Below the pieces are notes generated by a model. That model did no database searches, was not told the origin of the DNA, and was given only the letters and a program-made list of their open reading frames with translations. Made by a program: the position numbers and the translations under genes. A DNA stretch of 64,000 nt from Mytilus edulis (lineage: Eukaryota), in NCBI RefSeq assembly GCF_963676685.1, contig NC_092353.1:31558001-31622000 (forward strand), in the 5' to 3' direction. Positions 11,301 through 23,300 of this stretch are shown piece by piece. Within the stretch, counting starts at the first letter, position 1, and each line of letters starts with the position of its first letter.

Positions 11301-14300
11301 TTTCCTTTTTCAATATTCATTTCTTTTTTCGGTTTCTATTTCCTTATTCGGTTTCTATTTCCTTATTGGATTTTCATTTGCTTATTCGATTTCCATTTCC
11401 TTATTCGATTTCTGTTTCCTTATTCGGTTTCTATTTCCATATTCGGTTTCTATTTCCTTAGGTAGCACTCCACAGTTAAAAAATAAAATTAAAAATGAGC
11501 CACAAAATGTTTTATCATCTCCTATTCCTGGATTTCTAATACATTAACGTAACTGTTTGTGTTGTACATGTGCATATGTATGTAATCAGTATCTTCCATA
11601 GATTTGATTTTCAAAAGTGAAAAGGGTGAAAATTAATTCCTTTTATGTGTATCCATGGCAACATTCTGCATTTATTTCCCATAAAATATTGCAAAAAGGG
11701 GGGTGAACATGTCACATTTCACCCAAAAATTTGGATCAAACTAGAATTTCAATGCCTTTGAGTGATACCTTTTCAGAAACTGTTTCCCTAAATCTTCCTA
11801 ATGATCAAATAAAAAATGGGTGTCTTTCGTCTCATTTTTTCGTAAAATCTAATCACAAAGTTCGTGCGATAAAAAGTTGGAAAAAAAACATTGCAATAAT
11901 TGCCGGACCAGTGTATGGTAGGGACATGCAAATACGGACTGTCATACAGAAACCAGCCTATATTAGATACATTACATAACCTTGATGTTCATATAAACCC
12001 AATACAAAGATTATTTTAATACTCAGCTATCCAAAAATGAATTTTATTGCACACTAGCTCTCATATTTGAAAAATTCACAGGGGCCAAAATGCGAAACTA
12101 CACATCTAACTGTGGAGTGCTACCTTATTCGGTTTCTATTTCCTTATTCGGTTTCTTTTTCCTTATTAGGTTTCTGTTTCCTTATTTGATTTCTTTTTCC
12201 TTATTAAATTTTCATTTCCTTATTCGGTTACTATTTCCTTATATTTACAACTATCAAACATCAACACACACCAAACTGGATGTAATTGAAAGATATCTAG
12301 AGGTCAATATACAGGCTCGAACAAAAGACAAAAAAGGAAAAATATAGCGAGCTTTTGGGGATGAAGATGTAGTAAAGACCAAATGTCAGTTTTAGTCGGA
12401 TATACTTTAATGTTAGTCTTACATGTTGTTCTGGAACTCATTCCTCATTTATTCGTCAAGTGATCATCATTTTATATTGTTAACGTTTCATTGCGTACAT
12501 CGCTTAATGTGCGCCAGTTTTAGAGTTTTATACAGGACAGTGTAGGAATCCATGTTACTTTCCCCTTTCTCTGAATAACGAAAACTGCTCAGCGGGTCAT
12601 GTGCACAACTACAAGGAACATTCAGCGGACAGTCACACGTTCTTCTTCTTCTTCCGGTAAGCGGCCACCGTCAACTGGTTGTCCAAAGGAACAATTCATG
12701 GCTAACCACAGCGTGAGTTACATTTAAAACATTACAAATTTTGTATTTACATCAGCCATGAACTGTTTTAATATCTTTTCTTATGTTATAAAGAAATTAT
12801 GAACATTTTACCGTTCAAACTGTTCGTATCTGAGATGTTACAACTTAATTCCAGACAGAACCCGACGTGTGCAAGAATATTTATCTATTTATTATTATAA
12901 AGAACTTTAACGGCTTTATATATCTACGAACTGTTTATCCGTATATTTTATGGACTTAAATTATCATTGAACACATTGTAAAATTGTATTTATATTTTAT
13001 TTTCAGTTTTTCATCTTTTGGATTGGTAGTAAAATAAAAGTCAGCTCCTGATTGTTTTATCGTTACATTAACCCAGTGATCTGGGTTACACTCACTGGTC
13101 CGGCCAGTACACATGTATAGATGTGTATATATATCATTGATTCAGTGGCGATGGCAAATAGACACTGATAAGTCTTAAATAAAATTTTATAGTTTTGAAT
13201 GTTTCTTCATCAGTTGACTAAAAATAAGTGGAGGTATGTTCTCATTGCCGACAAGAGAGGCGCTCTACCTATATTAATTTGTGCATAAAGCGATTGAAAG
13301 TTGTTAGATACTGAATGCTTTTACCACAAATGCGCCTAAGTTTTAATCTGTGTATATATACTTAAAATACGATGATAAAATTTATGTCTTGTTCAGGATT
13401 TCTGTCAGATCCAACCATGTAGAAGTCATGTTTGTGAGCTATGGTTTTAGTCGATGATGTTCATGAAGGACCTGTAGTACAAAGTATATCACTGGATTGA
13501 GCTCTCTGTCTAAGTGTATCATTAAAGTGCTTTGCTTTGAGCTGAGTTCATTGCGGTGCAATTCATTTTTTGTGAAATAAAGATTTGACAGACAACTCTC
13601 ATGTACAAGGATTTGTCAAAGTAGTATTCATTTTATGTACAATGTATGTAATCACTGTGCTTAAACGGCCGTGGGTAACTTATGTTACTCACAGCCCAAG
13701 ATGTTGAGATGATAGTTGATACGAAATCTACTTTTTGCAACGTTTTTCATGATCGATGTAAATATTGAGAAGACTTTTGAATCAAGAAATCACTTGCCAT
13801 CACTACATATGCGTTAATTTTGACTTCATTTTAGCGCAAGGCCAACTTTTAAAAAAAGCATAAGATGTCCGTAACTTATAAATCAAAAATAATCAGACTG
13901 TCCGTAACTTTATTTTCGGATGTGGGTAACTTTGTTTTCAAAACTGTAAGATTAACAATTTCAACACTTACAGGACAATAAACACTATCAAACCCTTTAA
14001 TTATTACATAGATTTATACAATAACGATATGCTTGAAAAAGCAAACAAGAGTGTCACGGATTTTCCGTTAAATTAAAAAAAAAAATATTCCTGGGATAAA
14101 ACGGGATTTTACGGTACGGCGAAATTGATCTAACATTCTTCTAGCTTTAAAGATTGTTCACTGATGAGTCCTTGGTCGGTGTAGCCGCGGAAACATTGAT
14201 ATCCTTTCCTTTAAATCATGATATTCTGAATTGTTAGTCTCTTCACTATATCTAGTGTGATGTGTTGTTGATTTCGAGAGAAAAAAATGCCAATATCTAG

Positions 14301-17300
14301 GAATAGATGGAAGGCTTTATATTGTTAAACAGGATTTAGTTTATTATAGCAATAAAAGTAGATTTAAAAGCTTCTAAAAGTTTCATTGACCTCAGGGATT
14401 CAATAAGATCGGGTATCAAATCATACATATCTTCTTTAAAGGTTTGGACTGATATATCTATGTATTTCTGCTAAGGATTGTCCTCCGAAATTGTTCTCCT
14501 AATGTCATTTGCATATGTTCACTATTAATTGATTGATCGATTTTTGGTTGCTTAACGTCCAGTGGCAAATATTTCATGCACATCCAGACGGTAACAAGTT
14601 CACAAGACCTACCAAATAATAGAAGCCATCTGGGATGAAGATCGGGGAAATATGGACTGCCACTGGAAATTAATGGTATATCGGATAGGGACAGAAATTT
14701 TGCCTAGCTACAGGCCACCTACGGACCCATCAAAGAAGTGTTGCAAGGGTTCTTAACGTGCCCTCCTTACACGAGGCATCGGATTTAACGTCCCAAATCT
14801 GACCGGACGTGACTGCGTAGTTGATACATCCCGCACAGCCAAACGGACGCCTCACTTCGGCAAGCGTTTTACTGCCGGTCGGGAGAAGACCAAGTGACCA
14901 TATTTCTATTCCCCAGTCACCCTTTGGGGTGTTCACTATTAATGTAATTTCTACAGTTGGAAATGGTGAGATTTATAACCTGCATGTCATGATTTATCAT
15001 CTAAAACTTAAGCAGTAAACAATCTATAAAGTCAGTAGAATGTATAATTATACATTAATTTTGCCGTACAATTTTCTACATAAGAAAATGCCTGTACCTA
15101 GTCAGGAAAATGGCAGTTGTTATCCATTCGGTTAAGTTTTGGATTTTTCCATTTGATAAGGGACTTTCCTTTTTGAATTTTCTTCAGAGTTTAGTATTTT
15201 TGTAATTTTAGTTTTTAATGCCTGTACCAAGGCAGGAATATGGCCGTTGTTTTCTATTCGTTTGGTGTGTTAAATTGAGCTTTTGGCTTTGCACTTCCAT
15301 AAAGGACTTTCCGTTTGAATATTCCTAGGAGTTCGGTATTTTTGTTATTTATCATTTCTTTTTTTTATAATTACATCTACGAATAAAGATTCTTTGAAAA
15401 TTACTGACATCATGCTAAAGTTACGGACAGCCCTATTGGTATAAGGGAAAAAGTTACGGACGAGCTGTTTTGAAGTTACGGACATCATAAGTGTTTTGGA
15501 AAATCGTGCTGTAATCAATTATTTTGTAGTAATAAACCACGTTTTACATTGCAGAGTTTTCTTAAAAGATTTATATAACTTTTTAAGTACTGAACATTTC
15601 TTTTGTATTCATTGTATTATTATCATATAGGAGCAAACTTCCTAACCGAAGCCAGGCGGCTCCATTTTGGGCTGTAGGTAACTTAAGTTACCCACGGCCG
15701 TTTAAGCACAGTGATTACATACATTGTACATAGAATGAATACTACTTTGACAAATCCTTGTACATGAGAGTTGTCTGTCAAATCTTTATTTCACAAAAAA
15801 TGAATTGCACCGCAATGAACTCAGCTCAAAGCAAAGCACTTTAATGATACACTTAGACAGAGAGCTCAATCCAGTGATATACTTTGTACTACAGATCCTT
15901 CATGAACATCATCGACTAAAACCATATCTCACTAACATGACTTACTTCATGGTTGGATCTGACAGAAAACCTGAAAAAGACATGAATTTTATCATCGTAT
16001 TTTAAGTATATATACACAGATTAAAACTTAGGCGCATTTGTGGTAAAAGCATTCAGTATCTAACAACTTTCAATCGCTTTATGCACAAATTAATATAGGT
16101 AGAGTGCCTCTCTTGTCGGCAATAAGAACATACCTCCACTTATTTTTAGTCAACTGATGAAGAAACATTCAAAACTATAAAATTTTATTTAAGACTTATC
16201 AGTGTCTATTTGCCATCGCCACTGAATCAATGATATATATACACATCTATACATGTGTACTGGCCGGACCAGTGAGTGTAACCCAGATGACTGGGTTAAT
16301 GTAAGGATATAACAATCAGGAGCTGACTTTTATTTTACTACCAATCCAAAAGATGAAAAACTGAAAATACAAATATAAATACAATTTTACAATGTGTTCA
16401 ATGATAATTTAAGTCCATAAAATATACGGATAAACAGTTCGTAGATATATAAAGCCGTTAAAGTTCTTTATAATAATAAACAGATAAATATTCTTGCACA
16501 CGTCGGGTTCTGTCTGGAATTAAGTTGTCTCATCGCAGATACGAACAGTTTGAACGGTAAAATGTTCATAATTTCTTTATAACATAAGAAAAGATATTAA
16601 AACAGTTCATGGCTGATGTAAATACAAAATTTGTAATGTTTTAAATGTAACTCACGCTGTGGTTAGCCATGAATTGTTCCTTTGGGCAACGTGTCCGCTG
16701 AATGTTCCTTGTAGTTGTGCACATGACACGCTGAGCAGTTTTCGTTATTCAGAGAAAGGGGAAAGTATCATGGATTCCTACATTGTCCTGTATAAAACTC
16801 CTAAAACTGGCGCACATTAAGCGATGTACGCAATGGAACGTTAACAATATAAAATGATGATCACTTGACGAATAAATGAGGAGTGAGTTCCAGAACAACA
16901 TGTAAGACTAACATTAAAGTATATCCGACTAAAACTGACGTTCGGTCTTTACTACATCTTCATCCCCAAAAACTCGCTATATTTTTCCTTTTTTGTCTTT
17001 TGTTCGAGCCTGTATATTGACCTCTAGATATCTTTCAATTACATCCAGTTTGGTGTGTGCTGATGTTTGATAGTTGAAAATATAAGGAAATAGTAACCGA
17101 ATAAGGAAATGAAAATTTAATAAGGAAAAAGAAATCAAATAAGAGAACAGAAACCGAATAAGGAAAAAGAAACCGAATAAGGAAATAGAAACCGAATAAG
17201 GAAATAGAAACCGAATAAGGAAATAGAAACCGAATAAGGAAACAGAAATCGAAAAAGGAAATGAATATCGAAAAAGGAAAAAAGAAACCAAATAAGGAAA

Positions 17301-20300
17301 TGGAAATCAAATAAGGAAATGGAAATCGAATAAGGAAATGAAAATCCAATAAGGAAATAGAAACCGAATAAGGAAATAGAAACCGAAAAAGGAAATAAAC
17401 ATTGAAAAAGGAAAAAGAAACCGAATAAGGAAATGAAAATCAAATAAGGAAATGGAAATCGAATAAGGAAATAGGAACTGTATAAGGAAATGAAATCGAA
17501 TGAGGAAAAATAAACCGAATAAGGAAACGAAAAAAAAAATTGAAAAACTTTTTGAGGAAAAAAAATATTTTGAGGAAAAAAAATTTTGAGGAAAAAAAAT
17601 TTGAGGAAAAAAATTTTGAAGGAAAAAAAAAATTCAGTTTGGACTTGTAATATTTTTCAAAATTTGAATATCGAAAAAGGAAATGGAAACCGAATAAGGA
17701 AATGAAAATCCAATAAGGAAATGAAAATCCAATAAGGAAATGGAAAATGAATAAGGAAATAGAAACCGAATAAGGAAAAAGAAACCGAATAAGGAAATGA
17801 AAATCCAATAAGGAAATGAAAATCCAATTAGGAAATGGAAACTGAATAAGGAAATAGAAACCGAATAAGGAAAAAGTAACCGAATAAGGAAATGAAAATC
17901 CAATAAGGAAATGAAAATCCAATAAGGAAATGGAAACTGAATAAGGAAATAGAAACCGAATAAGGAAAAAGTAACCGAATAAGGAAATGAAAATCCAATA
18001 AGAAAATGAAAATCTAATAAGGAAATGGAAACTGAATAAGGAAATCGAAACCGAATAAGGAAATAGAAACCGAAAAAGGGAATGAAACCGAATAAGGAAA
18101 TGAAAATCGAATAAGGAAATGGCAATCGAATCAGGAAATAAACTGTATAAGTACATGAAAATCGAATAAGGAAAAAGAAACCGAATAAGGAAATGAAAAT
18201 CAAATAAGGAAATGGAAATCGAATAAGGAAATAGGAACTGTATAAGGAAATGAAATCGAATGAGGAAAAAATAAACCGAATAAGGAAACGAAAAAAAAAA
18301 AAATTGAAAAACTTTTTGAGGAAAAAAAATTTGAGGAAAAAAAAATTTTGAGGAAAAAAAATTTTGAGGAAAAAAAAATTTGAGGAAAAAAATTTTGAAG
18401 GAAAAAAAAAATTCAGTTTGGACTTGTAATATTTTTCAAAATTTGAATATCGAAAAAGGAAATGGAAACCGAATAAGGAAATGAAAATCCAATAAGGAAA
18501 TGAAAATCAATAAGGAAATGGAAACTGAATAGGGAAATAGAAACCAAATAAGGAAATAGAAACCGAAAAAGGAAATGAATATTGAAAAAGGAAAAAGAAA
18601 CCGAATAAGAAATGGAAATCGAATAAGGAAATGGAAATCGAATCAGGAAACGAAAATCCAATAAGGAAATAGAAACCCAATAAGGAAATAGAAACCCAAT
18701 AAGGAAATAGAAACCGAAAAAGGAAATGAACATTGAAAAAGGAAAAAGAAACCGAATAAGGAAATGGAAATTAAATAAGGAAATGGAAATCGAATAAGGA
18801 AATGAAAATCCAATAAGGAAATAGAAACCGAATAAGGAAATAGAAACCCAAAAAGGAAAAAGAAACCAAATAAGGAAATGAAAATCGAATAAGGAAATGG
18901 AAATCGAATAAGGAAATAGAAACTGTATAAGGAAATGAAAATCGAATAAGGAAAAAGAAACCGAATAAGGAAACGAAAAAAAAATTTGAAAAACTTTTTG
19001 AGGAAAAAATATTTTTAGGAAAAAAAATTTGTGAAAAAAAAATTTTTAGGAAAAAAAAAATTTGAGGAAAAAAAATTTTGAGGAGAAAAAAAAATTTGAG
19101 GAAAAAAAATTTGAGGAAAGAAAAATTTTGAGGAAAAAAAATTTGAAGGAAAAAAAAATTTCAGTTTGGACTTGTAATATTTTTCAAAATTTGAATATCG
19201 AAAAAGGAAATGGAAACCGAATAAGGAAAGGAAAATCCAATAAGGAAATGAAAATCCAATAAGGAAATGGAAACTGAATAAGGAAATAGAAACCGAATAA
19301 GGAAAATAGAAACCGAAAAAGGAAATGAATATTGAAAAAGGAAAAAGAAACTGAATTAGGAAATGGAAATCGAATAAGAATGGAATGGAAATCGAATAAG
19401 GAAATGAAAATCCAATAAGGAAATAGAAACGCAATAAGGAAATAGAAACCGAAAAAGGAAATGAACATTGAAAAAGGAAAAAGAAACCGAATAAGGAAAT
19501 GGAAATTGAATAAGGAAATGGAAATCGAATAAGGAAAAGAACATCCAATCAGGAAATAGAAACCGAAAAAGGAAATGAACATTGAAAAAGGAAAAAGAAA
19601 CCGAATAAGGAAATGAAAATCGAATAAGGAAATGGAAATCGAATAAGGAAATAGAAACTGTATAGGGAAATGAAAATCGAATAAGGAAAATGAAACCGAA
19701 TAAGGAAAAAGAAACCGAATAAGGAAAAAGAAACCGAATAAGGAAACGAAAAAAAGAATTTGAAAAAACTTTTTGAGGAAAAAAAAATTTGAGGAAAAAA
19801 TATTTTTAGGAAAAAAAATTTGAGAAAAAAAAATTTTGAGGAAAAAAAATTTTTGAGGGAAAAAAAATTTTGAGGAAAAAAAAAATTTGAGGAAAAAAAA
19901 TTTTGAGGAAAAAAAAATTCTGAGGAAAAAAAATTTTGAAGGAAAAATTTTTTTTAGTTAGGACTTGTAATATTTTTTAAAATTTGAATATCGAAAAAGG
20001 AAAAAGGAAAAAGGAACCAACTTGTGTCTGGTTAATATTTCACGAAACTTCATAGTAAAAGTGTCACAGTTTAAGCCCCAAAGGGAGTTCCTCTGGGAAA
20101 TTGCATTGTCTGTAATAACAGAAATGCAATCTATGGCTGTATGACAAAAAGAGACTGTAAAGAAAAATAAATGCGGTTAATGACAACATTAGAACGTCAG
20201 TTGACCAGATTTTTTTTAAATCTATCAACAGGAAATATTGCATTGCCAAATTTGTACAATTAGACAATTGAACTAGCAACCGTACATTTCAGATTCAATC

Positions 20301-23300
20301 TAATTACTTATAAATTCCTGCTGAAAGTGAGCGTACAATAACCAGAAAGCAGCTTTATTGCACCTATTTGTTTCAAAAAAATTACAGAAAGTATTACATG
20401 GCACAGACAACATACAAATACTGACACTGAACGGAAAAATATATTAATAACTTACTGCATGGTGACCATGTCTCGTTTTATACCACGATGTTTCATGTGT
20501 AGTCAAATAATAACATTTGTGATTCCATAGATAATACCCATGCCCTCTGCAATCATGTTCAACTGAAATATCGAATGACACCCCTTATATATTAATACTA
20601 TACATTTAGAAAGATCTAAAAAGCTACACACAATTTAAGTGATTATACTAATAAAATAATAAAAAAATTGTAAAAATTGTGAAACAATTCGAACGAGAAA
20701 ACTTTAGCCTAAATTAAAGCATTATTACAAAAAAATAAATATGACAATATCAACGACAAACACTGAACTAATAGCTCCTGAATTGGGACAGGCTCATAAA
20801 GAATGTTGAGGGGTTAAACATGTGTGTGATGCACCAAACCCTAACCTGGGATAGTGGTGTTTCAATACAAATAAGAAAGAAAGAGGTAAAAACAACTGGT
20901 AATTTCAATTAACAGTAATTTTTTCTTAGGAGTTTGAACCATATTTTCATAATAATTTTTTAATCTATCAGCGAATTTTAGAAGAAAATATATTATGTTA
21001 GTACCGAACCAATGACCACTTAGCTGATTAAACATCAAGGGATTAACAGTTTACTAGCAGTTGTATCGACCAAGTGCTAGTGATTGAAAAATAACTTTGT
21101 AAATTTCGTGCCTCTTAATGCTTTCCTGGATTAACTTTCTTTAAGGTGAGGGGCGAAAATACCAAAGGAACAGGACAGCCAAAATCATAGATTAAAAATA
21201 AACTGACAACACTATGGCTAAAAAGGTAAAAGACAAACAGACAAGTAATAATACACAAAACACAACATAGAAAACTAAAGACTAAGTAACACGCCCAAAC
21301 CTTAAAAACATTTAAAAGCCATGAATGATCATAAGAGCCATAAAGTAAATATAGAATCCGTCAAATGTTAACTATGTCTGATTAGTGATAGTGTACGAAC
21401 CTTAGTTTTCATCATTTTCTTAATCAAAGCAGAATAAAGAAATAATATTAAAAAATGCATGTCAGTACCAAAGCACTGACTACTGAACTGTTGATTATTG
21501 ATTATTAAATCAAAAAGTTGATTCACAAAAATACTGAACTCCGAGGAAAATTCAAAACGGAAAGTCCCTTATCAAATGGCAAGATCAAAGGATAAAACAC
21601 ATCAAAGGAATGGATAACGACTGTCATATTCCTGACTTGGTACAGGCATTTTCAAATGTAGAAAATGATGGATTGAACCTGGTGTTATATCGCTAAACCT
21701 CTCACTTGTATGGCCGTCGCAATCACATTCCATTATATTTACAATGATGCGTGAACAAAACAGACAGATTAGGTAAAATTGTCATCTCATACTTACATTG
21801 TGGCGGAGCAGCAGTAGCACGTGTTGTTGTTTGTTGTGACGTCAGTGTTGTTTGAGTTGTACGTCTTGCTGTAGGTGATACAGTTGTTGTTGACTGTATC
21901 GTAGAACTTGAAATGTCATATGTGTTGCACAGATCGGTAGAACAGCAAAAATGTCTTAAATTTCTCTTCTTCGTACCATGACAGTACTGGAATACAAAAA
22001 AATGATATGGTAGTATTTCATAACTTAATAATTACTTTAGATGTATGCTTCATTATAATACTTTATTCTGATTGGCCAACTGCACATCTCGCGTTATTCC
22101 TTAATTAATTGCATTTCACAATAAAATATTTCATTCATAATGACACGAGATCCCACAATAAAGTGCACAGGTGAATAAAATAAAAACTTGATAAAAATCA
22201 TGTTTTCATGATCCTAGCTAAGAATGTAATTATAAGTATTGAATGCTTCTTTTTGTAATTTCATAGAGTTGAAAAAGCGTTGACCATGCGCACATTTTTA
22301 GAATGAAGCCCGCGCTTCATATAAAATTTACTTCGGTCAACGCTTTTACACCCCAATGAAGTTACGAAAAGAAGCGTTCAATTCTTAAAATGGTTTTACA
22401 ATATTTAACCTTTTATTAATCGTCACTGATGATTCTTTTGGAGACAAAACGCGCGTCTCGCACAAATGCCAAAGTTCAATCTAAGAATCTAATACTATGA
22501 TGAGTCGATTTAGAAATTAAATTTTGTATAAACAAAAGACACCGCGAGATAGTCTTAACAATGGATTCCAGTGCTTAAGGAAACACTAGGAAAAACTTTG
22601 TTTAACCTTTCCATTTTTCTTATTTTTTCATATATAAGATTCAAATTATTATCAAAAATGGGAATGACGATGATTGTCCTTTCATTTGTCCCGTAAAACA
22701 GACAGAACAAGGCTTTTGGGTAATATGTACAAAGTACAAAAATGTTCCTCTGCACCAGACGCGCGTTTCGTCTACCAAAGACTCATCAGAGACGTTCGAA
22801 TAAAACAAAATTAAAAAAAAATACGAAGTTGAAGTGCATTGAGGACCAAACTTCCTAAATATTTTACAGCTAAATGATGAATTACCTGAGGTAAAAAAGC
22901 CTTACTATTTCAAAAATGTATAGTTTTGTAAACTCTTAATTTATAATTATGATCATCTTAATGATAATTCATGTCTTAAAAGAAGTGCTGACTACTTGGC
23001 TGTTGATACCTTCGGGGATTGACAACAGTAGCTTCGACTAAGTGGTTGTAAATAAACTCATCATTGATATCAGAATTTAAATTTTGTAGTTGCGCCAAAC
23101 AAGTGAAAAAGGCCAATAAATGAACGAAGTTAAAGAGCATTGAGGACCAAACGTTCCTCAAATACTGATGTTAAGTATGGAAAGCCAAGAACAAATTCTA
23201 TGCGTAGCTGTCTTGTTTGTCCTGAATATTCACGAAACACTTATTCGATGAACGCTAGTCAATTCTTTATTCAGACTGAGACGCCACATATGATTAACAT

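Larger units (their letters stand above)
8926..20020. mobile_element. 11.1-kb foldback-like palindromic element in intron 6 of gene B
   Basis: Ends TTGGTTCCTTTTTCC...GGAAAAAGGAACCAA. Left arm 8926-~13702 is the reverse complement of right arm ~15664-20020. Each arm has an outer satellite domain and an inner ~1.5-kb near-identical unique domain. Confidence 0.85.

Noticed and set aside
8926-11547. Many long Phe-rich ORFs (up to 248 aa), mirrored on the minus strand at 16977-19582
   Set aside because: They are translations of the 19-bp stop-poor satellite, open in all three frames with a 19-aa period. Not genes.
13665-15701. Transposase gene in the palindrome centre
   Set aside because: No ORF over ~70 aa and no DDE-like motif seen; the centre holds a SINE and common repeat fragments.
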